From NCBI GenBank assembly GCA_049325415.1, contig JBMOLL010000053.1:3684-67683 (forward strand): a DNA stretch of 64,000 bases, read 5' to 3'. This document shows positions 27,057 through 35,857 of the stretch, in pieces (position 1 is the first letter of the stretch; each line of letters starts with the position of its first letter). The notes under the pieces are model-generated. The model saw nothing but the letters and a program-made list of their open reading frames with translations. It was not told where the DNA came from and did no database searches. The translations under genes and the position numbers were made by a program. Source of the DNA: Bacteroidota bacterium. Lineage in GTDB: Bacteria > Bacteroidota > Bacteroidia > Bacteroidales > GCA-2748055.

Positions 27057-27822
27057 CAGCTTTTGTCAGCTCATTTAAAAACCGTACCATCGGGGCGCCG
27101 TCGATCACATCATGATCGATCAGAACGGTCATGTTCAGGATCTCCCGTATCCTGATCTCCGATCCCACCACCGCCGGTTTGCGGAGCACCGAGCCGATGC
27201 CGAAGGACAGCGGGTGGACCGAGCGGTGGATGAACCAGCCGTTGATCCGGCCCATCATCCCCACCGAGGTGATGGCCACGTTCCCCATCTTTCCGTATGC
27301 CGCACGGGGATGACGGAGCAGGTAGTTCCATACCGCCCGCCGGAGGAAGCCCGGAAGGTGGTAATACAGCCTTTCGCCGAAGGTCGTCTGGCGCTGCAGG
27401 ACCTTTTCCCCGGGACCCGGTTCCCTTTCAAGTGCCTCTGCGATCTCGCGGGTGATGGCAACGGCGCTTTTCCGTCCCGCGTCATGGATAACCAGCGGAA
27501 GCGGCACCTTCTCCCCCCCGAACTCCTTCTCGACCAGGAAGGCCACGCGGACCTCGTCGAACAGCAACAGCTTCTTCCTCCCCCGCAGGAAGGCCGCAGC
27601 CTCCGGATGCTGCTTCAGGGTGGCGGCGATCGTTGCGACCAGCCATCCATTGAAAGAAACCTCCGTGCCCTGCCGCCGCAACTCCTGCAGCCTTCGCCGG
27701 ATCTCCGTTACATCGAATTCCAGCAGGGCAGCCACATGGTGCTTCTGCATCCCCGCCGCAAAAGTATCGAAGGTGGCGATCCTTGATTCAGGGATGATTT
27801 TCAGGCGGTACGGGTCTTTCAT
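27031..27822 (-). CDS. 2-oxoacid dehydrogenase E2-type acyltransferase, catalytic domain only
   Basis: 263 aa ending with the CAT-like catalytic motif LIDHDVIDGAPMVRFLNEL (DHxxxDG). No lipoyl or E3-binding domain is present. Confidence 0.7.
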   Translation of the reverse strand: MKDPYRLKIIPESRIATFDTFAAGMQKHHVAALLEFDVTEIRRRLQELRRQGTEVSFNGWLVATIAATLKQHPEAAAFLRGRKKLLLFDEVRVAFLVEKEFGGEKVPLPLVIHDAGRKSAVAITREIAEALEREPGPGEKVLQRQTTFGERLYYHLPGFLRRAVWNYLLRHPRAAYGKMGNVAITSVGMMGRINGWFIHRSVHPLSFGIGSVLRKPAVVGSEIRIREILNMTVLIDHDVIDGAPMVRFLNELTKAVESGKYEV

Positions 27823-27853
27823 AGTACAAGGATAGTGAATTTTGGCGGAAAAA

Positions 27854-28200
27854 GGGAGGGTTACGGGTTACGGGTTACGGGTTACGGGTTATCCCGAAAA
27901 ACAACAAATTTTTATTTGGTAGTTTTTCGAGGATCCTCGGGTTTCTGATAAAGCGTAGCTTTAGGAAACCCGGGACGGGTTACGGGTTGCGGGTTGCGGG
28001 TTATCCCGTAAAACAATAAATTTTCAATTTGGTAGTTTTTCGAGGACCCACGGATTTCTAATGAAGCATAGCTTTAAAGAACTCCGGGACGGGTGACGGG
28101 TAACGGGTGAGATTCCTGTAGGGTCCCTGAGCGGTCCCTGAGCGGTCCCTGAGCCTGTCGAAGGGCCTGTCGAAGGGCCAGCCATCGGTAAATTGTAAAG
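27854..28200. repeat. mosaic intergenic repeat R2 (heptads + ~95-bp unit x2 + 11/12-mer tandems)
   Basis: (GGGTTAC)n arrays at 27854-27891 and 27971-28003. The unit ATCCCGAAAAACAACAAATTTTTATTTGGTAGTTTTTCGAGGATCCTCGGGTTTCTGATAAAGCGTAGCTTTAGGAAACCCGGGAC is at ~27891-27976, with a diverged tandem copy at ~28001-28090. GGTCCCTGAGC x3 lies at 28121-28153 and CCTGTCGAAGGG x2 at 28154-28177. The reverse complement is found at 57420-57605. Confidence 0.9.
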
Positions 28201-28328
28201 GGCTATGGGTTATGTAGCCGTTTTTCAGGACGGGTCAGGGAGATGGGTGATGTGTGAACAGTGATAAGTAATGAGTAATCCGGTTCTGATCACTCGTTAC
28301 TGATCACAGATCACTGTCCTTCGGGACC

Positions 28329-29075
28329 TCACTCCACATAAATCATCTTCCTCGTCATCCCCCCGTCGATCACGATATTGGTGCCGGTGATAAAATCGTT
28401 GCCGGGTTCCGACAGGTAGAGGCAGGCGCGGGCGATATCGGAGGGCTCACCCACACGTTGTGCCCAGTGCTGCCGGTGGTCGGCTTCCGTAAGCCGGTTC
28501 CGGTCGCCGGTCTCAATCCAGCCCGGACTGATGCAGTTGACCCGGATGTGATCCGGTGCGAACGAAGCGGCCAGGGCATGGGTGAGGGCCAGGATGCCGC
28601 CCTTGCTGGCCGCGTAGGCTTCGGAGTGCGGCTCCGACTGCAGGGCACGGGTGGAGGCGATATTGATGATGGCGCCACCCCCGCCGCTCCGCATCAGCTT
28701 TGCCGCCTCCCTCGAACACAAAAAGACGCTCCGCAGGTTGGTATGGATCACGTTCTCCCATTCCTCCACGCTGAGCTCGTAGGGCGATTTCCAGACCGAC
28801 AGCCCGGCGTTGTTTACGAGGACATCGACACGGCCGAAGCGGCGGCCGGCTTTCTCCATAAGGTTCACGATCTGAGCCGGCTCCCGCACGTCGGTGGGTA
28901 TGAAGAGGGCCTTCCCCCCTGCCCCGGTGATCTCCTCCTCCGTCGATTTACCGGCCGCGGGATCCCTTTCGGCAATAAGCACCGTGGCACCTTTCTCCGC
29001 ATAGGCCAGGGCCACGGCTCTTCCGATGCCCTTTCCGGCACCGGTGATGATGACGATCTGTTGACTTTGACTCAT
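28329..29075 (-). CDS. SDR family oxidoreductase
   Basis: ORF trimmed to ATG 29075 (MSQSQQIVIITGAGKGIGRAVA = TGxxxGxG). Contains the NNAG motif and the catalytic YAASKGG (YxxxK). Confidence 0.85.
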   Translation of the reverse strand: MSQSQQIVIITGAGKGIGRAVALAYAEKGATVLIAERDPAAGKSTEEEITGAGGKALFIPTDVREPAQIVNLMEKAGRRFGRVDVLVNNAGLSVWKSPYELSVEEWENVIHTNLRSVFLCSREAAKLMRSGGGGAIINIASTRALQSEPHSEAYAASKGGILALTHALAASFAPDHIRVNCISPGWIETGDRNRLTEADHRQHWAQRVGEPSDIARACLYLSEPGNDFITGTNIVIDGGMTRKMIYVE

Positions 29076-29191
29076 TGGCTGGTGTTTCAGGCGTTCCCCT
29101 GCAGCAGGGAACGGAAGTAAAGATAGGAAAAAGCGGCAAGGAGAGAATGCACCGTCCGGCAGAACGCACTCACGTTGATTGCAACCTGCTT

Positions 29192-30703
29192 TCAATGCTT
29201 GATGATCAGCCGATGAATAAGCTCCCTTTTGCTTTTAAGTTGCAGGATATAGCTACCCGGCGCCAGGCTGCCGATATCAACCTGGTCCGAAACGTTCTCC
29301 CTGTAAAAAACCCGAATTCCCCGCATATCATATAAAGCGATATCGCCACTATCATCTAATCCCTGAATATGTAAGGTCTGATCAACCGGAACCGGAAAGA
29401 TCCTGATTTCCTTTTTAGTGACAAGCAAGGTATCTGAGGGTCCTCCTTCCGAAAGATGAAGCCTTACATGGATCCATTCGTTTGATGAAACACCCGATGG
29501 ATAGACAAGATCCACCTCTCCGGATAAGGGAACGCCGCAACGGGGAGCCGCCAGATGCAAATTTGAGTATCGCACCTCATGCCCCGCCAGGTCGAAAAGC
29601 CAGGGGCTTTCAAGTACCAATCCATTTGCATCAGAAGCGGGATATAGTGCAAGCTGAGCCTGGCTGAAAGTGATTAAAAAGAATTTCCCGTCTTCATTCT
29701 GGATCAGGCGGCAGTTTTTAATTCCTGCTGGCAAATCCGTCGAAATAATAAAATCTTTGCCGTCGTAGATATAATGAGCCAGGCAGATTTTTCCACCCGT
29801 ACTTGCCCCGGTGACAGGACAAATGACATGGGTACGATGGTGCGTATCGACATAAAAATCCCCGTTATAATTAAAACTGATATCCGGTTGTGGGTACAGA
29901 GGCTCAGGCTCTTCTTCATGAACCAGGATTTCAGCAAATTCCATATCAGTTATTTGAGGCGAGTACCAGGACTTCACGGCATTAAAACAATAGTCGAAAG
30001 AAGCTGCCGGTTGTTCGTAGCCCAGGTCACTCCAGAGGACATCCCTAAGTGAGGCCATATAGAGGCCATCATCATCCCGGGGAATGAGGTAGGTATAACA
30101 GTAACGGTAGTCCAGCGGGATTTTTTTCACTGCGCTCCACTCCCCGGTCTGCAGATCCCTGAAGGCTATTTTAAAATAACCGGGTTTCCCCCCTCCGCTG
30201 GCCAGCACAAACAGCCGGCCTGTTTGATCTATCCCGGCACTCAGGTAGGGCCAGTTATCATTCGGATTCCAGTCACCCGGGATCGCAGAAGAGCTAAAAT
30301 TCCTACCGGCCGTATCACTTATCCAAATCCTGGGGGAGCCATCCAGCCAGCATACGACAAAAAGTCTGTTATCCGGAGCTATCAGCAACTGTGCAGGTTC
30401 ACGCCCTGATTCGCCCTCGGCAATTACTACCCAGTCATCCCCTTCCTTTACGGCAAGCCGGAAGATGCGGTTCAGATCAGATGAGCCTGCAATCGTGTAG
30501 ACGGTAAAGATTTCCCCGGAAGTAGATCTGACAATACTGCACTGATGACCGCCCCAGCTATTTGCACCATCGCCGGTAGAAGTGTTATTAGACACGATCC
30601 CGGGAGGATCGATGAATGGAATAGACTGAGCACCAAGGGTCCCGTGCCATCCCATGGGCAGCAACAGGCAAATAAAACATATTCCCGGCAATGCAGATTT
30701 CAA
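29192..30703 (-). CDS. T9SS C-terminal-sorting-domain protein, beta-propeller-like (function unknown)
   Basis: The C-terminal ~75 aa (IRIFPVPVDQTLHIQGL...LAPGSYILQLKSKRELIHRLIIKH) are T9SS-CTD-like. The start is uncertain. TTG 30703 gives a signal-like MKSALPGICFICLLLPMGWHGTLGAQS. ATG 30655 is an alternative. The ORF-track start at 30904 would overlap the upstream gene. Confidence 0.6.
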   Translation of the reverse strand: MKSALPGICFICLLLPMGWHGTLGAQSIPFIDPPGIVSNNTSTGDGANSWGGHQCSIVRSTSGEIFTVYTIAGSSDLNRIFRLAVKEGDDWVVIAEGESGREPAQLLIAPDNRLFVVCWLDGSPRIWISDTAGRNFSSSAIPGDWNPNDNWPYLSAGIDQTGRLFVLASGGGKPGYFKIAFRDLQTGEWSAVKKIPLDYRYCYTYLIPRDDDGLYMASLRDVLWSDLGYEQPAASFDYCFNAVKSWYSPQITDMEFAEILVHEEEPEPLYPQPDISFNYNGDFYVDTHHRTHVICPVTGASTGGKICLAHYIYDGKDFIISTDLPAGIKNCRLIQNEDGKFFLITFSQAQLALYPASDANGLVLESPWLFDLAGHEVRYSNLHLAAPRCGVPLSGEVDLVYPSGVSSNEWIHVRLHLSEGGPSDTLLVTKKEIRIFPVPVDQTLHIQGLDDSGDIALYDMRGIRVFYRENVSDQVDIGSLAPGSYILQLKSKRELIHRLIIKH

Positions 30704-30846
30704 TCTGGTTCGTTCTTGGTTCTCCCCCGTCAAATTACAATGAAATTTTTCAATTACCGGGTTTCCGGTAAAAAAAAGCCGGGAAGCATACACACGGCCG
30801 AGAATAAAAGGAAGCTGGCAGTGAAATCCCCGGTGCGCCCTGTGAA

Positions 30847-31473
30847 TCAGTAAGAGCTGATGCAGGCATAGCCGCCGATGCGGACATAGCCTGTTTCGCT
30901 GCAACTGATACAGAACCAGGCCAGGGTGGTGTCGGCCTGATCAACGACCCGGCACAGCAGGTATTTATCCTGTACATTATAAAACAATCCTTCGGTAACT
31001 ATTCTCCCGCCCGGCCCCGTTATTTCATCAAATTCTGCGATGCTCTCGTAATAGCTTAACCGGTAGTCCGTGCCCGAACAGTCCCAGTTTTCGCACGACG
31101 AAAAAGCCTGGCCGTACGACAGCGTATCTGGCAGCCCTTCTTCATTCACGCAGATTTCGCAGCCACTGCCGGGAATAACTTTTACGCCGAGATAAAACGT
31201 GGTCTGTGGAAACGTTTCCCAATCGCGATAGGGAGAGGCTGCTAACGACGGCTGAAAAGTAAGATCCGTTTCCTGGTCTCCATTCAGATCAAAACGAAGG
31301 GCATCGGTCTGGAGGGTCGGTTCCCCGGAGGTATCAAGATATTTCGCCCCGCAATCCACAGATCCCGCGAAGAAAGCGTCAAAACATTCCTGCCGCTCCC
31401 GTCTGCTCAGTTCGGAACAGGAGAACAATAATCCACCAAGCAGGATTACAGTCAGCGCCAGGTCTGTTTTCAT
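30847..31473 (-). CDS. hypothetical Cys-rich lipoprotein
   Basis: ATG 31473 gives MKTDLALTVILLGGLLFSCSE with a lipobox. This is the last GC-rich gene before the AT-rich island. Confidence 0.55.
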   Translation of the reverse strand: MKTDLALTVILLGGLLFSCSELSRRERQECFDAFFAGSVDCGAKYLDTSGEPTLQTDALRFDLNGDQETDLTFQPSLAASPYRDWETFPQTTFYLGVKVIPGSGCEICVNEEGLPDTLSYGQAFSSCENWDCSGTDYRLSYYESIAEFDEITGPGGRIVTEGLFYNVQDKYLLCRVVDQADTTLAWFCISCSETGYVRIGGYACISSY

Positions 31474-31695
31474 ATTTCTGGTCGGGTTTATGTGTTTATT
31501 GCTTGCACGCATAATTCTCAATCCGAAAATAAAGATAACAGATCATTGAATACTATCTACCGATTTTACAATTTATTGAGATAAGCAGTTCGCATGGATA
31601 AATGCCGGAATTGTATTACAACCCCTCACTGTTTCGATTGCTATCGGAATTCAGGCCGCTCAGCGTCCTGTTTATTAGTTACTGTAAATTATTTA

Positions 31696-32322
31696 TTATC
31701 TGCAGTTTAAATTATAGTATCTAACCATCGATTCCAAATCATTTTTGCGAAATTCTTTACTTTCAATTTTTTCTACAAGTGAAGGACAATCGCTGAAATA
31801 ATCAATCATATCTTTTTTAAATGACAATCCTACAGGTCTCATTAATTCTCCATTTTCTTTTTGTAAAATATATTTCTCAACGCTATAGGAATATCCACCG
31901 GTACTCATCCCTGTGAAAGAATTGTATGTTCCGCCCGAATGTTGTGTATAATAATAACTGAACAATTTTAGTTTGCCATCCATTTCCAATTTGAGAAAGA
32001 TATTTGTGCTCATTGAAAAAATATTCCCTAATCCGATCGAATTAAACCTTGATAGCATCCGTACATTTTCATATTCATATTTGAACTGTATCTCTTTTGC
32101 ATTATCTAGTTTAAGTACGATTTTTCTCCCGGCTGAATCAAAATATTTTACCTTATACTGTAATTTCTCATAGTTTGGCTCCTGTGTGAAAAAATTTATC
32201 GGAATATTAAAAGTCACATCAATTGTATCATCCGCAAAAAATATTTTGCCTTCAATCTTCTTAGCTTCAAGTTTGAAAGTCAAGACTAATCCAATTGTAA
32301 TCAGAATAACTATTTTTTTCAT
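31696..32322 (-). CDS. hypothetical secreted protein
   Basis: 208 aa with signal peptide MKKIVILITIGLVLTFKLEA. No recognisable motif. Confidence 0.55.
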   Translation of the reverse strand: MKKIVILITIGLVLTFKLEAKKIEGKIFFADDTIDVTFNIPINFFTQEPNYEKLQYKVKYFDSAGRKIVLKLDNAKEIQFKYEYENVRMLSRFNSIGLGNIFSMSTNIFLKLEMDGKLKLFSYYYTQHSGGTYNSFTGMSTGGYSYSVEKYILQKENGELMRPVGLSFKKDMIDYFSDCPSLVEKIESKEFRKNDLESMVRYYNLNCR

Positions 32323-32520
32323 GTATAGAAATTTAAAGTGTTAATTTTGAATGCTTTGGGATGTCCTTTTATGGTGGTTAACGGTCTGCCAATATGGGTA
32401 GGCGTGGTTCTCGGAGCTCGTTCGTATCCACCGTGGAAAACGCTGAAATGGAGGTGGAACATTGAATGCGACCACTAGCTCCAGCCTTACCTATATTGGC
32501 TGTTATCGGCTGGCAATCAT

Positions 32521-33333
32521 TCATTTATGTATTTTGTTTTTAATTTCTATCCACCGTTTTGTCCCAATCTCACTTATTTGTCTTTTTTTGGCAAAATCAA
32601 ATTCAATCCATGCTTTATGTGGATTTTCAGGAATTAATTTACCGTTTTTTATTTTGTCTTTAAGTGTATTATATGCTTCATGAAATCGCTTGTCATTCTT
32701 TGCAATATCATAAAATGACAAAACATAAACATAGTAAAACAGATTATATCGTAAAAATGGGTACTCTATTTTCATAAAAGTTGAACCAATCCCGAAGTTA
32801 CATGGGCCAATCGGCTGGCGAATTTCCCAATGTTGCAATAAAAAATCTACTCCTTTATTCAATTTGTCTATGTCGTCAGCAGAATTATCTCTAAATCGAA
32901 AAGCATCCAATACATATAAAGTTGTTCCAGGGTTGCTTGCATCAGTCAGTGGAGATTTTCCAAGTTTTACAGTCGCACATCTCCAACCACCATCATTCCA
33001 TTGAGTGTCAAGCATCCATTTGTAGCTTGTCTCAATCCTTATATCATTTTTTAAACCAAGTCTCCCTAATCCTGCTATTATCCGAGCTGTCAAACAAGGA
33101 AGTTTTGAGCTTTTGGGTGAATATTTAAAACAACCTTCCGGAGTTTGGTACGAGAAGATAAAATCAACGGTATCTGCAATCTCTGAATTATCATTAATCG
33201 AATAACCAATCTCTCCAAGAACTGATAAAGTATCAATGGTCGAAAATCCAAAGGGAGCGTGAATGTCTCCATCTGCTCTTGACCAAAATTGTCCACCATT
33301 ATCGTTTTGTCTTTGTAATATTTTCTCAATCAT
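32521..33333 (-). CDS. prenyltransferase/terpene-cyclase-like alpha-alpha toroid repeat protein (island paralogue)
   Basis: 270 aa. Q/N-x-x-DGGW-type repeats: QRQNDNGGQFW, DTQWNDGGWRC. It is colinear with 46488-47312: SNPGTTL, DGGW[RK]C, FPF[LF]RYNLFYYVY[VT]LSFY, ENPN/ENPH. Confidence 0.65.
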   Translation of the reverse strand: MIEKILQRQNDNGGQFWSRADGDIHAPFGFSTIDTLSVLGEIGYSINDNSEIADTVDFIFSYQTPEGCFKYSPKSSKLPCLTARIIAGLGRLGLKNDIRIETSYKWMLDTQWNDGGWRCATVKLGKSPLTDASNPGTTLYVLDAFRFRDNSADDIDKLNKGVDFLLQHWEIRQPIGPCNFGIGSTFMKIEYPFLRYNLFYYVYVLSFYDIAKNDKRFHEAYNTLKDKIKNGKLIPENPHKAWIEFDFAKKRQISEIGTKRWIEIKNKIHK

Positions 33334-33373
33334 TAGCTTGTTGTCATTATTGCAGGGTGTCCGTTTTGCTTGC

Positions 33374-33540
33374 CGCTAACTCCTTTATATGATCTCACCC
33401 CCCCTCCCACCTGCACCTCTCTCCCCCTCGCCGAGGTGATATTGAGTGCCTCATTCTCTTAACTGGCTTTTACCGGGTTGAGACCGCAATACAAGTTAAC
33501 CTTTAAGGGAAATATAAACAAGACTTTGCAGTAAAATATA
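33374..33540. repeat. island repeat A, copy 1
   Basis: CGCTAACTCCTTTATATGATCTCACCCCCCCTCCCACCTGC...GATATTGAGTGCCTC...CTTTTACCGGGTTGAGACCGCAATACAAGTTAACCTTTAAGGGAAATATAAACAAG. It is near-identical to 37041-37190 and lies 40 nt upstream of the start codon at 33333. Confidence 0.9.
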
Positions 33541-33735
33541 CGGGCGGAACGGCTGGCGATTCCGGGCTAAACGCCTTTTGAACCCACCTGGTAAAGGACA
33601 ATAACGAAGGTAACAAACTGTATAGCTGAAAATACCCCCCAGGCCAGCATTTTTTGCCAGGCTATTTTCTGCCCCGGGTTTAGTAATTGTTATACCATAA
33701 TGCAAATACCAACATTTAATCGTCTGCAGTACCGG

Positions 33736-34533
33736 TTACCGGTAGCTGGATTCTTTCGTGTCTTCATTTACAAATTTCAACCGAATCCCGATACCTTTAT
33801 GCTTTGTGAGCTCTTTCAGACGACTCCTTTCGTACCATTTCAGATCACGGTATTCCTTTTGAAAATGAATAAAGGACAGATCATTTAAATATCGTTCATA
33901 TTCCACATAATAACTGTCCAGCAAGCTGATGAGATCCTGATAATTGTTTTTGCTGTTGAGCCGGATCTGCAGGTACAAGGAATCAGATCCGATGATCGCT
34001 CCCAGTTTTTCCTGTAAAGCCTTGCCGCTGTATACAGAGTCATCAATGAATATGCTTTGACCACAGATTGTAAAGTCCAGTATATCCGGGCTTAAGGTAT
34101 CAAACTTAAAAAAAAAGGAGGGCAACTCCAGAGGCGGAAGAGTATATACAATGCCGGCACTGTCGTCAATTTCGTTTGTCAGAAAGACTATCCCCGGAAA
34201 TCCTCCATCCCTGAAGGCGTTGAGAATGGAATCGATGGTGGCATAATTCACTGATTTCGGACAAATAAAAGCTATCCTGAAAAAGTTACTTCCATTATAG
34301 CATTCGATGTAGTTAAAAATGTCGGCGCGAAAACTTTTTAAATCCTTAATTTCTTTACCGTTACAACTTAATCTCCCGTTTTCGTATTTCACGAAGGCAT
34401 ATCGCAGCGAGAGATATGATCCAATCCTTTCGGCATGTGCGGAAGATGGCAATTCCAGGCTTTTCTTACACGAAACAGAAATAATCAGCAAAAGGATCAT
34501 CAGAACTGCCAGAGATCTATTCGTTGTTTTCAT
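33736..34533 (-). CDS. hypothetical lipoprotein
   Basis: 265 aa with lipobox LLIISVSCKK. No recognisable motif. Confidence 0.55.
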   Translation of the reverse strand: MKTTNRSLAVLMILLLIISVSCKKSLELPSSAHAERIGSYLSLRYAFVKYENGRLSCNGKEIKDLKSFRADIFNYIECYNGSNFFRIAFICPKSVNYATIDSILNAFRDGGFPGIVFLTNEIDDSAGIVYTLPPLELPSFFFKFDTLSPDILDFTICGQSIFIDDSVYSGKALQEKLGAIIGSDSLYLQIRLNSKNNYQDLISLLDSYYVEYERYLNDLSFIHFQKEYRDLKWYERSRLKELTKHKGIGIRLKFVNEDTKESSYR

Positions 34534-34562
34534 ATGCCGGGCGGTTTACTTTTTTAATAATC

Positions 34563-34720
34563 TCCTCCCCACCTAACTCCCCAAGGAATTTTAATATTTC
34601 ATCGAATGCCATGTTGCGGGATGAGTTGGGGCGTACCTTTTCATACCCATGTCTGTTTCATTATATGTACGAAATTTCATTATAGACTGTAAACCAGCAT
34701 TGAACAGGACAATTTATTAT
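34563..34720. repeat. island repeat B, copy 1
   Basis: 158 bp. It aligns without indels to 35263-35420, an offset of exactly 700 bp. I counted 18 mismatches by hand. Confidence 0.9.
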
Positions 34721-34734
34721 TCCCGGTGGTTAAT

Positions 34735-35040
34735 TTATTTCTTCAAAGCTTTGGAATTTGAAAGAAGCCGTGAGCTATGATGAACTGTTAGAATATGAAT
34801 CGAATTCTCGTCAACAATTCTATATACTATCCTGTAACTCCCTCTGATTATTTGACGGAATGCTTCATCCTCAAATTCAGGAACCATAGGCCCTGCTTTT
34901 GGATGTTCTTCAAGAATATCAACACTTTCGAAAAGTTCAAGAACAGTTATCTCTGCATAACGCACAGAATCTTTAGCGATATAATCACCAATATCATTTA
35001 AATCATTGATAGCGTTGTCGGTCCAGACTATTTTAACCAT
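34735..35040 (-). CDS. type II toxin-antitoxin system RelE/ParE family toxin
   Basis: 101 aa. The pattern IVWTDNAINDLNDIGDYIAKDS...AGPMVPEF....FRQIIRGSYRIVYRIVDENSIHILTVHHSSR is typical of ParE/RelE. Confidence 0.8.
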   Translation of the reverse strand: MVKIVWTDNAINDLNDIGDYIAKDSVRYAEITVLELFESVDILEEHPKAGPMVPEFEDEAFRQIIRGSYRIVYRIVDENSIHILTVHHSSRLLSNSKALKK

Positions 35041-35216
35041 TTTCCAAGCTTTTGTTTAGCTTCTTCCTTGGTATTTGTATTTCCATTTAATGAATCCGAC
35101 AAACCTTTTTGGACTTTTTCAACAAAGATAATATGGTCAATTACCTGATCAATTGTAAGATTTTCAGGTAGTTTATCCATGGAATTTATCAATTGAGTCT
35201 TTGTAATCATTGTCAT
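35028..35216 (-). CDS. putative antitoxin of the RelE/ParE pair
   Basis: 62 aa. It overlaps the toxin start by 13 nt and is in the usual antitoxin-first order. No strong motif. Confidence 0.6.
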   Translation of the reverse strand: MTMITKTQLINSMDKLPENLTIDQVIDHIIFVEKVQKGLSDSLNGNTNTKEEAKQKLGKWLK

Positions 35217-35262
35217 TGTGTTTCCTCAAATATACAAAATCAACGACTTAATATCAAAGAAC

Positions 35263-35420
35263 TCCTACCCACCTAACTCCCCCTGGAATATTAATATTTC
35301 ATCGAATGACATTTTGCGGGATGAGTTGGGGCTTACCTTTTCATACCCATGTCTGTTTCATTAAAAGAACAAAATTTCATTATAGACCGTACACCGGCAT
35401 TGCACAGGACCAATTGTTAT
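35263..35420. repeat. island repeat B, copy 2
   Basis: Direct repeat of 34563-34720. See copy 1. Confidence 0.9.
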
Positions 35421-35443
35421 CGGCAGGCGTTTGAACTCCGGGA

Positions 35444-35857
35444 TCATTCAATTAAGACCTTGTGTTCAATGATTGAACTATCCCTGCTAATAAAATTCAG
35501 TGAGTATTGACCTTTCACCCATGTTTTAAATTCATATGATAATACTTTTACAGTTGGAACTGTTAAACATATTGTCTCTTCTTCCAATGCTCCAAATGCT
35601 TTTATATTAACTGTTTTGCCATTGGTTACTACCATAAAATCAGTGATATAATTGCAATCATTTGGTACCGGACAATAAACATCGAATGAAATTACTTTGC
35701 CTGTAGTACCCGTTGAATCTCCAATTACTTTACTGATATACCATTGATCGAGTCCTATAGGAATTTCGCTTGAATATTTATCACACCCAAAACTAAAAAG
35801 CAATATTACAATTAAGCTAAACAGGGGGCTGAAAATTTGCATTTTAATCGTTTTCAT
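35444..35857 (-). CDS. hypothetical small lipoprotein
   Basis: 137 aa with lipobox LLFSFGCDK. Confidence 0.55.
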   Translation of the reverse strand: MKTIKMQIFSPLFSLIVILLFSFGCDKYSSEIPIGLDQWYISKVIGDSTGTTGKVISFDVYCPVPNDCNYITDFMVVTNGKTVNIKAFGALEEETICLTVPTVKVLSYEFKTWVKGQYSLNFISRDSSIIEHKVLIE

